From positions 1 through 55,299 of the IMG/VR virus record IMGVR_UViG_3300021982_000201: a stretch of 55,299 bases of DNA; one strand, given 5' to 3'. Made by a program: the position numbers and the translations under genes. Positions 17,115 to 27,638 of the stretch are shown one piece after another. The stretch comes from a virus. Taxonomy: Duplodnaviria > Caudoviricetes. Under the pieces are notes generated by a model, which saw nothing but the letters and a program-made list of their open reading frames with translations, had not been told where the DNA came from and ran no database searches. Position 1 is the first letter of the stretch, and each line of letters opens with the position of its first letter.

Positions 17115-18465
17115 CTTCTGGACGACGCAGGCGCGTAACAAAGTGCTTTATGGTGGGCGGTCATCGTCAAAATCGTGGGATGCCGCCGGAATTGCAATAT
17201 TCCTGGCAAATAAATATACCCTCCGTTTCTGCTGCGCCCGTCAGATCCAGAACAAAATTGAGGAGTCGGTATATACCCTGCTCAAAATCCAGATTGACCG
17301 GTTTGGCCTGCGGCATCGTTTCCGTGTTCTGAACAACAAAATCATTAACCGGGTGACCGGTTCTGAGTTCGTGTTTTACGGCCTCTGGCGCAATATCGAA
17401 GAGATTAAGTCGCTGGAGGGGATTAGCGTGCTGTGGCTGGAAGAGGCCCACGCGTTGACGGAGTATCAGTGGAAGATACTGGAGCCTACCATCCGTAAGG
17501 AGGGCTCAGAGTGCTGGTTTATCTTTAACCCCGGACTGGTCACCGATTTCGTGTGGCGTAACTTTGTGGTCGATCCACCAGAAGATACGCTGATACGCAA
17601 AATCAACTACGACGAAAACCCGTTCCTTTCCGACACCATGCTGAAGGTTATCGAAGCCGCCAGGCGGCGTGATCCAGACGGGTTTAAGCACGTTTACGAA
17701 GGCGTACCGGAATCTGATGATGATGCAGCCATTATCAAACTGTCATGGATAGAGGCAGCGGTAGACGCGCACAAGGTTCTTAATTTCGAGCCAAGCGGGC
17801 GTAAGCGTATTGGCTTCGACGTCGCCGACAGTGGCGCGGATAAATGCGCTAACGTCTATCGCCATGGTTCTGTCGTGTACTGGGCTGACGAGTGGAAGGC
17901 GAAAGAGGATGAATTACTTAAGAGCTGCCAGCGCACTTACCAGGCAGCGCTGGAGCGCGATGCTGATATCGTCTACGACTCGATAGGCGTCGGGGCGTCT
18001 GCTGGCGCTAAATTCTCAGAAATTAACGAGGATCGTAAGCGCGAAAACATGAACGCATCACGCATCAACTATCAGCGATTCAATGCTGGCGCAGGCGTGA
18101 ACGAGCCGGACGATGAATATATTGGCATTCCGAACAAGGATTTTTTCGCCAACCTCAAAGCGCAAGCCTGGTGGCTGGTAGCGGATCGCTTCCGTAATAC
18201 CTTCAACGCGGTAAAGAACGGTGAGCAGTACCCGGTAGATGAGCTGATAAGCATCGATTCATCCTGTCCGCTGCTGGAAAAGTTAAAGCTAGAGCTGACC
18301 ACCCCGCACCGTGATTTTGACAAGAATGGTCGCGTAATGGTGGAGAGCAAGAAAGACCTCGCTAAGCGTGATGTTCCGTCACCGAACGTGGCTGATGCAT
18401 TCATTATGGCATTCGCCCCGACTGATACGGCAATGGATATCTGGGAAGCCCTGGGAAGAGGTTAA
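17065..18465 (+). CDS. terL: Terminase large subunit (PBSX family)
   Basis: YGGRSSSKS Walker A, WLEEA Walker B, IFNP, GFDVA nuclease, SPNVADA. Confidence 0.95.
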   Translation: MTSTLTSKPTLNPVLRSFWTTQARNKVLYGGRSSSKSWDAAGIAIFLANKYTLRFCCARQIQNKIEESVYTLLKIQIDRFGLRHRFRVLNNKIINRVTGSEFVFYGLWRNIEEIKSLEGISVLWLEEAHALTEYQWKILEPTIRKEGSECWFIFNPGLVTDFVWRNFVVDPPEDTLIRKINYDENPFLSDTMLKVIEAARRRDPDGFKHVYEGVPESDDDAAIIKLSWIEAAVDAHKVLNFEPSGRKRIGFDVADSGADKCANVYRHGSVVYWADEWKAKEDELLKSCQRTYQAALERDADIVYDSIGVGASAGAKFSEINEDRKRENMNASRINYQRFNAGAGVNEPDDEYIGIPNKDFFANLKAQAWWLVADRFRNTFNAVKNGEQYPVDELISIDSSCPLLEKLKLELTTPHRDFDKNGRVMVESKKDLAKRDVPSPNVADAFIMAFAPTDTAMDIWEALGRG

Positions 18466-18609
18466 ACATCTGGAAATAGCCACCTCACGCCGAAAAATCC
18501 CTATTCACTTTTTGACCCTGTTTATGCACGTTTTATTCACGCACTTTCTGCTACTTATCCTGATGAAATAAGCCTTTGGCGGACATTTCATCATGGGAGG
18601 GATCCGGCT

Positions 18610-18637
18610 GGTGCGGGTAACAGTCATTATGTTAAAT
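18610..18637 (+). other. dif-like XerC/XerD recombination site
   Basis: GGTGCGGGTAA-CAGTCA-TTATGTTAAAT versus E. coli dif GGTGCGCATAA-TGTATA-TTATGTTAAAT. Confidence 0.8.
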
Positions 18638-18701
18638 CGGGCCATTTTTTAACAAATTATCTGATCCGTCACGGGTATCGAAAAACCGGAGCATCATCAC
18701 C

Positions 18702-20153
18702 ATGGCGAAAAAAACGGGACGAGTCGCCACGGCGGATTCGTACGATAACTTTATGGCCCGCGTCGGCATGCAGCAGCCTAACCAGCACGCTGCATCGACA
18801 TATCGGGCGAACTATACCAGCCGTAACCGGTTGCTGATTGAGTATGCGTACCGCTCCTCTTGGATTATTGGCGCCGCTGTCGATTCGAAAGCGGACGACA
18901 TGACCAAAAAGGGCGTTCGCATTACCAGCGAGATTGACCCGAAACGTCGGGGAGTGCTGGAGTCACGCTTTGATGAGCTACAACTGTGGGACTGCATCAA
19001 CGAGACGTTGAAATGGTCCCGGCTATATGGCGGGGCTGTTGCACTGATCCTTATTGAAGGGCAGGCACCGTTAACGCCTTTGATGTTGGATAAGGTCGGC
19101 AAGGGAAGTTTCAAAGGGCTGGCCGTCCTCGACCGCTGGATGATTAATCCGCAACTGACCAGGCGCATAAAAGCGCTTGGGCCCAACCTCGGCAAGCCAG
19201 AGTTCTACGATATTGTGACGACGGCGCAGGGGCTGCCTGCCTGGACAGTTCATCACAGTCGCCTGATCCGCATGGATGGCGTGAAACTGCCGTACCAGCA
19301 GAAAATCACCGAAAACGAATGGGGTATGTCCATTGTTGAGCGTATTTTCGACCGTCTGACATCCTACGACAGCACCAGTGTTGGCGCAGCCCAGCTCGCG
19401 TATAAGGCGCATCTTCGTACAGTTAAGATTAAAAAGTTACGTGAAATTATCGCTTTGGGCGGCAAGCCATTCGAAGCGCTGATCAAAAACATGGAAATGG
19501 TCCGCCAGTTCCAGACGAATGAGGGGATGTCCCTCTTTGATTTGGAGGATGAATTTGAAACTCATTCTTATTCTTTCGCGGGTCTCTCTGACCTCCTGGG
19601 GGAATTTAAAGAGGATATCGCGGGGGCTGTTGGCATTCCTCTTGTCCGTCTGTTCCGCCAGTCACCGAAGGGTTTTTCAACCGGTGATGCTGACCTCGCA
19701 AACTACTACGATGACGTGGGGACGCTGCAGGAGCGAGATTTACGGCCTCACATCCGCCTGTTATTCGATGTCCTGCATCGCTCAGAGTTTGGCGAGCCGT
19801 TGCCGGAAGATTTCACCTTTGAGTTTAACCCCCTGTGGCAGATGAGCGACACCGATCGCTCTACGGTGGCGACTAACACGACTACCGCTCTGGCAACTGC
19901 TGTGCGTGATCTGGGAATGTCACCGGCTGCCGCGCTGACCGATTTGCGCGAACTGGCGGACGTTACCGGCATCGGTGCTTCAATTAGTGATGAGGATATC
20001 CAGAATGCGGCGAAACAGTGGGAGGAGATTGAATCTCAAACCGAACCTCCGCCGCCGGTCGGAGCGCCAGTATCAGAAAAGCCTACTGGCGATAGTCGAC
20101 CAGATAAATCAGATCGTCACCGGTTCATACGATGGTTCACAGGCAAGCGCTGA
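18702..20153 (+). CDS. Portal protein (DUF1073-type)
   Basis: Position after terL; WSRLYGGA, GIPLVRLF..SPKG, NYYD motifs. Confidence 0.88.
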   Translation: MAKKTGRVATADSYDNFMARVGMQQPNQHAASTYRANYTSRNRLLIEYAYRSSWIIGAAVDSKADDMTKKGVRITSEIDPKRRGVLESRFDELQLWDCINETLKWSRLYGGAVALILIEGQAPLTPLMLDKVGKGSFKGLAVLDRWMINPQLTRRIKALGPNLGKPEFYDIVTTAQGLPAWTVHHSRLIRMDGVKLPYQQKITENEWGMSIVERIFDRLTSYDSTSVGAAQLAYKAHLRTVKIKKLREIIALGGKPFEALIKNMEMVRQFQTNEGMSLFDLEDEFETHSYSFAGLSDLLGEFKEDIAGAVGIPLVRLFRQSPKGFSTGDADLANYYDDVGTLQERDLRPHIRLLFDVLHRSEFGEPLPEDFTFEFNPLWQMSDTDRSTVATNTTTALATAVRDLGMSPAAALTDLRELADVTGIGASISDEDIQNAAKQWEEIESQTEPPPPVGAPVSEKPTGDSRPDKSDRHRFIRWFTGKR

Positions 20154-20757
20154 TGGCATTGCCAGAACGCTCATCGACTACTCTGGCGTGATTGATGACT
20201 GGGCCGAAATGGTCGGCAAGAAGATGTTCGCCCAGGTGGAGCAGGAAGAGTGGAACCAGTGGCGGTCTGTCTCTGAAGAGATTTCTGTGGGCCTACGAGA
20301 TGTGGTCAGCAATACCCCGATCGGGATGGTGGCCCAGGATATTGTCTACCGCCAGATTCGCTATATGAAGTCCCTGCCGTTAGAGGCTGCGGGCCGAGTA
20401 AGGGAAATCCAGGAGCGTGCGATACAGGCCGTTATCAATGGTGAGCGCCCGGATCAACTATACGAGATGATTATGCAATCCGGCGACGTTGCAGCCAGTA
20501 GGGCGCGAATGATAGCGCGTACGGAGATTGGCCGAGCTACCGGAGCATTGACACAGGCGCGAGCTCTGGCTGTAGGCTCCGAGGGCTACTGGTGGCGCAT
20601 TGAAGGCGCTGGAACCCGACCATCACATCGCAAGATGAAAGATAAGTTTGTGCGCTGGGATAACCCGCCAACGCTCGACGGCATGACTGGCCACGCAGGG
20701 TGTTTGCCTAACTGCAAATGCTGGCCGGAAGTACAGGTGCCGGGGCCGAGAAAATAA
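20005..20757 (+). CDS. Minor head / head morphogenesis protein (Mu gpF-like)
   Basis: RARMIARTE, TRPSH, PNCKC; start uncertain (19975-20029). Confidence 0.88.
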   Translation: MRRNSGRRLNLKPNLRRRSERQYQKSLLAIVDQINQIVTGSYDGSQASADGIARTLIDYSGVIDDWAEMVGKKMFAQVEQEEWNQWRSVSEEISVGLRDVVSNTPIGMVAQDIVYRQIRYMKSLPLEAAGRVREIQERAIQAVINGERPDQLYEMIMQSGDVAASRARMIARTEIGRATGALTQARALAVGSEGYWWRIEGAGTRPSHRKMKDKFVRWDNPPTLDGMTGHAGCLPNCKCWPEVQVPGPRK

Positions 20758-20795
20758 TACATAATTTGTGGATATCAACTAAGTAGGGATGCCAC

Positions 20796-21215
20796 ATGAC
20801 AATAAAAATTGAGCGGTTAAACGGATTTGAGTACCACTATGAGAAGCACCCACTGGGTGGAACATGGGTTTATTATTGGTATTTCAGACCAGTGGGGCAA
20901 ACTGAGTGGTGCAATTTTTACTTGCCAACTGGCAACGCTAAAAAAGCGGATATGATTAGCTTTTTAAAGAACCCAGAGGATTCCGCCGCCCACTATAAGT
21001 CTTGGTTTGAAACCGTCAGTGATGTTGAGAATGCAGAGCTAAACCTGAGCAGAGCTCAAGCTCATCTTGAAAGGGTTTCTGATCCGGAATGGGGAGGGCG
21101 TGGTAATAACCCAGACAAGGATGCGAGGATAAAAAGACAGGCCCTCGATGATGTTGATAGCGCTCTTCGAAAGTTGGAAAAAGCTAAACGAATACGACAA
21201 CAGATAACCAAATAA
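20796..21215 (+). CDS. Moron, hypothetical protein
   Basis: AT-richer 139-aa ORF inserted in head cluster, followed by terminator. Confidence 0.75.
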   Translation: MTIKIERLNGFEYHYEKHPLGGTWVYYWYFRPVGQTEWCNFYLPTGNAKKADMISFLKNPEDSAAHYKSWFETVSDVENAELNLSRAQAHLERVSDPEWGGRGNNPDKDARIKRQALDDVDSALRKLEKAKRIRQQITK

Positions 21216-21218
21216 CTG

Positions 21219-21243
21219 AGGCCGCCATTGAGCGGCTTTTTTA
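21219..21243 (+). terminator. Intrinsic terminator after moron
   Basis: GCCGC/GCGGC stem plus T6. Confidence 0.7.
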
Positions 21244-21268
21244 TTGCCCGCAATTCAGCAGGTAAATC

Positions 21269-22462
21269 ATGAAATATTTCTTCAAAACCCGCCTTGGGAA
21301 TACGCGATTCCAGCTTGCTGACGGCTCAGTGCTGTTTAAAGACGTACCCATAGGGCGCACAGGCGAGCAGGAATACGACAAAACCGAGCGGCCAGAGCTA
21401 ACCCCTGACGTGCGCGGGAAGATTATCGTACGGCGGACGCCTGAAGAGGTGTTCAGTGAGCGATCCATTGCCTCTTTCGAAGGTATGGCCGTAACGATTG
21501 GTCACCCTCGTGATTTCAATGGCGACATTATTTTTGTTGCTCCTGAGAACTGGCGGCTACTGGCGCATGGACACATTCAGAACGTCAGGCGCGGGGAGGG
21601 CGATAAGTCCGATCTGCTGCTGGCAGACGTCATTGTTAAAAGCCCCGAAGGGCTTCAAGCCATTGATGCTGGCGATGACGAGGTTAGCTGTGGATACGAT
21701 GCTGACTACGAAGAAATCTCACCCGGCCTCGCGATTCAGTCTGCGATAACCGGTAACCATCTGGCCCTTGTCCCAAACGGGCGGGCCGGTTTCCGTTGTA
21801 AAATAGGGGATGCTATGCCTAGCACAACTAAAAACTGGTTTACCCGGCTCATGAAGGCCCGTAAAACCAACGACGCCGCTGAAATGGCGAATCTTGTTGA
21901 TAACGCGCCTGACAGCGTCACAGGTGATGACGACGTGAGTTCTTCGCTTACGCCAGGTGGAGTGGTGATTAACCTTTCACCGCAAAGCCCGTTACCTGCG
22001 CCTACTTTGCCACTCACTGGCGATGAAGATGAAGAAATCCCCGCATGGGGGAAAGCGCTGATCGAAGCGTTTTCCAAACTGACCCCGGCAGCGGCAACAG
22101 GTGATGAAGATGAAGAAGAGAAGGACGAGAAAGAGGGCGCCGTTACTGGTGATGCCGCTTATCGTGCCGATCTGATTCAGCCTGGTATCCAGTTACCATC
22201 CTCGGCAAAGCCTACTGCGTTTAAACGTTCAGTGCTGGCAACCGCTGATCAGGTAATGGTCCGCTCTATCGTGGGTGATGCTGATATCACCAAACTGAAA
22301 AAAGCCACTGTTGACATGGCCTTTACGGCAGTGTCAGAGCTGGCTAAGAACCGCAATACCGCAGCTAAAACCGTTGACGGTTTCCGCTCCATCAACTCCA
22401 ACACCACCAAAACCATCGCGGAGATTAACGCCGCCGCGAAGGAACTCTGGGCTAAACACTAA
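21269..22462 (+). CDS. Prohead protease/scaffold (DUF2213-type)
   Basis: VTIGHP, EVSCGY, NHLALV..GRAG; TGD repeats in C-terminal scaffold part. Confidence 0.85.
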   Translation: MKYFFKTRLGNTRFQLADGSVLFKDVPIGRTGEQEYDKTERPELTPDVRGKIIVRRTPEEVFSERSIASFEGMAVTIGHPRDFNGDIIFVAPENWRLLAHGHIQNVRRGEGDKSDLLLADVIVKSPEGLQAIDAGDDEVSCGYDADYEEISPGLAIQSAITGNHLALVPNGRAGFRCKIGDAMPSTTKNWFTRLMKARKTNDAAEMANLVDNAPDSVTGDDDVSSSLTPGGVVINLSPQSPLPAPTLPLTGDEDEEIPAWGKALIEAFSKLTPAAATGDEDEEEKDEKEGAVTGDAAYRADLIQPGIQLPSSAKPTAFKRSVLATADQVMVRSIVGDADITKLKKATVDMAFTAVSELAKNRNTAAKTVDGFRSINSNTTKTIAEINAAAKELWAKH

Positions 22463-22473
22463 CGGGGCATTCA

Positions 22474-22968
22474 ATGGATAACACGTTTCTTTACCGGATG
22501 CCTGCGGGCATCGCCGGGTCAATCTCACGTCCGCAGGATCTGACGGTTGAACCTCAGACGCTGGACAGCACAAAGGTTTTCGCCGCGTACGGTCTTGCCG
22601 GGAAGTTTTCGTCAGGTAAGTTTGTGCCGATTGAGGCGGGTGATACGGCTGCTGTTGTGGTGGGTATCTATGTTCGTCCTTACCCAACTACAAATCAGCC
22701 CGACAAAGTGCGCCAGATCGGAAGTGGCTACAACTTCGCGGGCGACTGCATGAAGCGTGGTTATGTCACGGTCAACATCGGTGCTGATGCCAGTGCTGTA
22801 ACGCTTGGCGGGGCTGTTTTTATGCGTGTGGCTACACCGACAGCATCAAGCCCGCTGGGTGCATTCCTGGCCGCCGCTGACAGCACGAATACCGTGCAGA
22901 TCACCAACGCTTACTTCAATGGCCCTGGCGACACGAACGGCAACATTGAACTGGCCTTTAATATTTAA
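22474..22968 (+). CDS. Capsid decoration/cement protein
   Basis: 164 aa between protease and MCP. Confidence 0.7.
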   Translation: MDNTFLYRMPAGIAGSISRPQDLTVEPQTLDSTKVFAAYGLAGKFSSGKFVPIEAGDTAAVVVGIYVRPYPTTNQPDKVRQIGSGYNFAGDCMKRGYVTVNIGADASAVTLGGAVFMRVATPTASSPLGAFLAAADSTNTVQITNAYFNGPGDTNGNIELAFNI

Positions 22969-22979
22969 GGAAATCGCAA

Positions 22980-23921
22980 ATGCCAATGACATTTGACCAG
23001 GCAACAGTCGACAGTTCTGGTACCTTTCTCATCGGAGAACTGGAGCGCCTCGACCAGACGCTGAATCTGCCGCTGACCTCGCAGACGTGGAGCCGCGATA
23101 TTCAGCTGCGAGAAGATGTATCTATCGCGGACGAAATCAGCTCCTTCACCAACACCACCTTTGCTGCTGCAGGTACGCCTAACGCCAACGGCAAAAACTG
23201 GATCAGCCCGCTGGCAACCGCTATTGCTGGCATCAGCGTTGATATCGAGAAAAAGGGCTTCCCGCTGGAGTTGTGGGGCATGGAGCTTGGCTGGACGATT
23301 ATCGAACTGAATGCTGCCGCACAGGTTGGGCGCCCTATCGATACCCAGAAGTATGACGGCATGCAGCTGAAATGGAACATGGATACCGACGAGCAGGTTT
23401 ATATCGGTGACTCAGCAAAAGGTGCTAAAGGCCTACTTAACCTGTCTCAGGTGACGCCGACCAACGCGACCAAAACCTGGGCCACTTCAACCGTTGACGA
23501 AATCCGTGCCAGCATTAACCAGGTGCTGAGCAATGCATGGGCTCGTTCCGCTTACTCTAAAGTACCGGAAGATTTGCTGATCCCGCCTGAGCAGTATTCG
23601 TTCATTGCTAGCACCATCGTTTCCAGCGCCGGTAACCAGTCTCTGCTGACCTACCTGGAAACGAACACCATCGCCTATCACCAGAACGGCAAGCCTCTGA
23701 ACATTCGTCCGGTTAAATGGATGAAGGGCCGCGGTGTGGGCGGTACAGATCGCATGGTGGCCTACACCAACGATAAGAAGTTTGTGCGCTTCCCGATGGT
23801 TCCGCTGCAGAGCGTCCCGATCCAGTATCGCGGCCTGTACCAGCTAGTGACCTACTACGGCAAGTTGGGTGCGGTTGAGCCGGTTTACCCGGAAACCCTG
23901 AACTACATGGATGGCATTTAA
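22980..23921 (+). CDS. Major capsid protein (DUF2184-type)
   Basis: FLIGELERLD, GLLN, RMVAY, YMDGI C-terminus; followed by terminator. Confidence 0.9.
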   Translation: MPMTFDQATVDSSGTFLIGELERLDQTLNLPLTSQTWSRDIQLREDVSIADEISSFTNTTFAAAGTPNANGKNWISPLATAIAGISVDIEKKGFPLELWGMELGWTIIELNAAAQVGRPIDTQKYDGMQLKWNMDTDEQVYIGDSAKGAKGLLNLSQVTPTNATKTWATSTVDEIRASINQVLSNAWARSAYSKVPEDLLIPPEQYSFIASTIVSSAGNQSLLTYLETNTIAYHQNGKPLNIRPVKWMKGRGVGGTDRMVAYTNDKKFVRFPMVPLQSVPIQYRGLYQLVTYYGKLGAVEPVYPETLNYMDGI

Positions 23922-23930
23922 TCCAGATAC

Positions 23931-23953
23931 AGCCCCTTCACAGGGGCTTTTTT
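23931..23953 (+). terminator. Intrinsic terminator after MCP
   Basis: AGCCCCT/AGGGGCT stem plus T run. Confidence 0.75.
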
Positions 23954-23966
23954 CTAAGGAATTCAG

Positions 23967-24227
23967 ATGAAGAAAATCTATGTACTGGCCGCGTTCAATT
24001 TCAACGACGGTGCGAAAATCACGCCATTCGCTGCAGGCTTCCATGATGTTGATGACGCAGTGGCAGAGCACTGGTTTGTAAAAGCACATTGCTCACCAGA
24101 TGGCGAAGCGCCGGCGGTGGCGGAAGATCCGCGTATTGCTGAGTATGAAGCGCGTATTGCTGAGCTCGAAGCGCAGCTGGCGGAGGCTACCACCAATGGC
24201 AAGAAATCAAAGTCTACCGACGCCTGA
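23967..24227 (+). CDS. Small virion-associated hypothetical protein
   Basis: AAGGA RBS, 86 aa, [10 protein letters not shown] plus coiled coil. Confidence 0.75.
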   Translation: MKKIYVLAAFNFNDGAKITPFAAGFHDVDDAVAEHWFVKAHCSPDGEAPAVAEDPRIAEYEARIAELEAQLAEATTNGKKSKSTDA

Positions 24228-24615
24228 GCAGTTCAGGGCAGCATTTCCGCAGTTTGCTAACGAAACCACGTATCCCACCCCCACGATTCAAATGCGCATT
24301 AATCTCGCTGATGTCCTGCTGAGTGAATCGCGTTTTGGTGAGGATATTTTCCCCTATGTTGTCGGCCTGTATGTTGCTCACTACCTGTACCTGTACACCG
24401 CTGATATGCGTGGCGTTGCTGTTGGTACCGCTGGTGGCTCCAATAGCGGCGTACAGACATCAAAATCAGTGGATAAGGTTTCGGTAAGCTACGATGCCAG
24501 CGCAACGCTGGACCCGAATGCGGGCTTCTGGAATAACTCCCGGTACGGTTCTGAGTTCTGGGAATATCTGATGCTGTTTGGTGCAGGAGCAATTCAGCTG
24601 GGGATGCCGCAATGA
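24196..24615 (+). CDS. Head-tail adaptor (DUF4054-type)
   Basis: [28 protein letters not shown]. Confidence 0.82.
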   Translation: MARNQSLPTPEQFRAAFPQFANETTYPTPTIQMRINLADVLLSESRFGEDIFPYVVGLYVAHYLYLYTADMRGVAVGTAGGSNSGVQTSKSVDKVSVSYDASATLDPNAGFWNNSRYGSEFWEYLMLFGAGAIQLGMPQ

Positions 24616-25112
24616 AAAGCGGGCTAACGGTTAGCGAGGACAATTACGCCGGTGTCCTCGACGCGCTAAAGCAGCTTTCCGGCACTGACGTGCTGGTGGG
24701 CATTCCCGCTGGCCCTCCACGTGAAGATTCCCCACTGAGTAATGCCGAAATTGGTTACCTGCAGTCCACCGGGGCGACCGTAGAGATTGACGGCGAGATC
24801 GTCACGCTCCCGCCACGGCCTTTTCTCGATATGGGTATAGAGGATTCTCGGGATAAAACCACCGCACGGCTGAAGCTTGCCGCACAGGCTGCGCTTGAGG
24901 GGAATTCTGGTGTGGCAGAGCAGCATCTTGAAGCTGCTGGGCAGATTGCCCGTGATGCGGCAAAGGCGGTTATCGGTGACGGTGATCGACTAGAGCCTTT
25001 ATCCGAAAAGACGCTTAAGCGACGTCGTGCTGCTGGTTTGAGAGGTATTAAGCCGCTGTATGCTCATGGCTTCCTGTTGCGTGCGATTCAATACGTCGTA
25101 AGGAAAAAATAA
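24612..25112 (+). CDS. Neck / tail completion protein
   Basis: VLVGIP, PPRPFL, PLSEKT motifs. Confidence 0.75.
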   Translation: MKSGLTVSEDNYAGVLDALKQLSGTDVLVGIPAGPPREDSPLSNAEIGYLQSTGATVEIDGEIVTLPPRPFLDMGIEDSRDKTTARLKLAAQAALEGNSGVAEQHLEAAGQIARDAAKAVIGDGDRLEPLSEKTLKRRRAAGLRGIKPLYAHGFLLRAIQYVVRKK

Positions 25113-25498
25113 TGCCTTTACTCGATGTGACAGAGGTTCTTCTGGACCCGGATTTTGTCGATCTGACGTTGGTATGTCACCGACAGGTGCAGACGGTTGA
25201 CGAAGATAACTTCCCGATCAATACGCCGCAGGATATCCCGTTCTCCGGGGTGGTGACCGTTGACCGCTCTCTGGAAGCTAAACGTATGACCGCCGGACAG
25301 AACATCAACGGCGCAATCCTCATCGTTACTCAGTTCAGGCTTACGCAGGGTCAGCCCGGACTGGATGCTGACACAGTGACCTACCAGGGGCGCGACTATC
25401 GCGTGACGTTTGTCGATCCGTATACGGCCTACGGCGTCGGGTTCGTCCAGGCACATTGCGAACTGCTGGAATTTGACGGAGGTACGCCAGTTGAGTAA
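25112..25498 (+). CDS. Head closure / adaptor protein
   Basis: 128 aa in neck cluster. Confidence 0.7.
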   Translation: MPLLDVTEVLLDPDFVDLTLVCHRQVQTVDEDNFPINTPQDIPFSGVVTVDRSLEAKRMTAGQNINGAILIVTQFRLTQGQPGLDADTVTYQGRDYRVTFVDPYTAYGVGFVQAHCELLEFDGGTPVE

Positions 25499-26033
25499 CG
25501 ACAGCACAACGGCGGGCTATCTGACGCCCGTCGGTGATTCGCCGCCCTACGATGAGGATCTGGAAAGGTTAATCAGCCGCTGGATACGGCGCGTTACCGG
25601 GCTGGATGCCACGCTGGTTTACCCGCGCTGGACCGACCCACAAAAGCAGATACCCAAAAACGGCACTACCTGGTGCGCGTTTGGTATCACCGGTATTCAG
25701 GAAGACTTCAATCCCGCTTACCTGCAGGGTGAAGAGAGCGCCGAACAGTGGTCACATGAGACCGTGAGTCTGATTCTGTGCTTCTACGGACCGCAGGGGC
25801 TGGCGATGGCCACACGCTTTCGTGATGGCCTGCTGGTATCGCAGAACAATGACGAATTGAACCGCTCAGGACTGACATTACTTCAGATGGGCCGGATCCT
25901 CAACCTTCCCGAACTCATCAATAACCAGTGGGTGCGCCGGTACGATATCAGCGTTGACCTGCGCCGCAAAATCATCCGCCAGTACGGCATTCAATCGCTG
26001 GTCGACGCGCCAGTGCAATATTTTGGAGAATAA
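25491..26033 (+). CDS. Tail terminator-like protein
   Basis: TTG start after GGAGG; directly before sheath. Confidence 0.7.
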   Translation: MSNDSTTAGYLTPVGDSPPYDEDLERLISRWIRRVTGLDATLVYPRWTDPQKQIPKNGTTWCAFGITGIQEDFNPAYLQGEESAEQWSHETVSLILCFYGPQGLAMATRFRDGLLVSQNNDELNRSGLTLLQMGRILNLPELINNQWVRRYDISVDLRRKIIRQYGIQSLVDAPVQYFGE

Positions 26034-26036
26034 AAC

Positions 26037-27182
26037 ATGGCACAGGGCTTACCTGTTTCCAATGTCGTGAACGTGGACATCATCATGTCAGCGGTTGCGT
26101 CTACGGGGCGTAACTTCGGTGCGCTCCTCATTCTGGGAACCTCAACCGTTATTCCGGTGACCGAGCGTATTCGCCAGTATTCAGCCATTGAAGATATTGG
26201 CGATCATTTTGGCGTTGATTCACCAGAATATGAAGCGGCGACCATCTTCTTTTCACAATCACCAAAACCAACGTTGGTCTATATCGGCCGCTGGGCGAAA
26301 ACGCTGGCAGGCGGTGAAGATGGTACGGTGGAAACGCTGCTGCAGGCGGTTAACGCTGCGCTGCAATATACCAACTGGTATGGACTGGCGATTGCCGACA
26401 GTGCGGATCTTGTTGAGGCTGACGTGATTTCTGTCGCTGCTGCTATTGAAGCATCCAGCCTGAGTCGCATTCTGGCCGTTACCACCGATGATGTTAACGT
26501 GCTGGTGGCCGGCAACACTGCAAATATCGGCTATAAGCTGAAAGCCGCAGGCTACGGGCGTACGTTCTGGCAGTACAGCTCCAGCAGTAAATATGCTGCC
26601 ATCTCTGCATTTGGTCGCGCGTTTACGGTGAACTTCACCGGCAGCAATACCACCATCACCCTGAAGTTTAAAACCGAGCCAGGTATCACCTACGAGACAC
26701 TGACGACCGCGCAGGCGTCCGCCATTGATGCCATTAACGGTAACGTCTACGTCTACTACGCCAACGATACGGCGATTATCCAGCAGGGCGTGATGGCGAA
26801 CGGCGATTTCTTTGATGAGCGCCATGGACTGGACTGGTTGCAGAACTACGTTCAGACCAATCTCTACAACCTGCTGTACACCTCAACTACCAAAATCCCA
26901 CAGACCGACGCCGGCGTAACCCGTTTAATGACCAACGTCGAAGCCTCGCTCGATCAGGCGGTTAATAACGGTCTGATTGCTCCGGGTGTCTGGAATGGTG
27001 GCCCGATCGGTCAGATTGAATCAGGTGACACGTTGACTAAAGGCTACTACGTCTATGCCGGTGCGGTTGCTAATCAGGCTCAGTCCGACAGGGAAGCTCG
27101 TAAGTCACCGGTGATTCAGGCAGCAATCAAACTGGCCGGGGCCATTCACTATGCCGACGTGCAGATCAACGTGGTGCGATAA
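26037..27182 (+). CDS. Tail sheath protein (DUF3383-type)
   Basis: [32 protein letters not shown]. Confidence 0.88.
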   Translation: MAQGLPVSNVVNVDIIMSAVASTGRNFGALLILGTSTVIPVTERIRQYSAIEDIGDHFGVDSPEYEAATIFFSQSPKPTLVYIGRWAKTLAGGEDGTVETLLQAVNAALQYTNWYGLAIADSADLVEADVISVAAAIEASSLSRILAVTTDDVNVLVAGNTANIGYKLKAAGYGRTFWQYSSSSKYAAISAFGRAFTVNFTGSNTTITLKFKTEPGITYETLTTAQASAIDAINGNVYVYYANDTAIIQQGVMANGDFFDERHGLDWLQNYVQTNLYNLLYTSTTKIPQTDAGVTRLMTNVEASLDQAVNNGLIAPGVWNGGPIGQIESGDTLTKGYYVYAGAVANQAQSDREARKSPVIQAAIKLAGAIHYADVQINVVR

Positions 27183-27191
27183 GGAGCGACC

Positions 27192-27635
27192 ATGAGCGGA
27201 ACCTATAGTTTTATTGACGTCTCGGCGTCGCTGACTGGCCCGACCGGAAGTATCGATCTGGGCTACGGCTCGGCGAACTCCGAAGAGGGCATTACGATCA
27301 CGATGACCGAGGCGAAGAACACAATGACCGTTGGCGCTGATGGTGAGGTGATGCATAGTCTGCACGCCGGTAAGAGCGGCATTATCACGGTTACTCTGTT
27401 AAAAACCTCCCCGGTGAATAAAAAACTGTCGTTGATGTATAACGCACAGAGCCAGTCCTCCGCTACCTGGGGAAACAACGTTATTGTCGTGCGCAATAAG
27501 GTGTCAGGCGACATCTCTACTGCGCGATCCTGCGCATTCCAGAAACAGCCAGACCATTCCAACGCGAAAGTGGGGAATACCGTTTCGTGGGTATTTGACG
27601 CCGGTAAGATTGACCAACTGCTGGGGGAGTTTTAA
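27192..27635 (+). CDS. Tail tube protein (DUF3277-type)
   Basis: TYSFIDV, VGADG, TSPVN; follows sheath. Confidence 0.85.
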   Translation: MSGTYSFIDVSASLTGPTGSIDLGYGSANSEEGITITMTEAKNTMTVGADGEVMHSLHAGKSGIITVTLLKTSPVNKKLSLMYNAQSQSSATWGNNVIVVRNKVSGDISTARSCAFQKQPDHSNAKVGNTVSWVFDAGKIDQLLGEF

Positions 27636-27638
27636 CAG

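Noticed and set aside
18702-20153. Anti-CBASS nuclease label sometimes attached to this family
   Set aside because: Size, motifs and position after terL indicate a portal; no separate phosphoesterase domain recognised.
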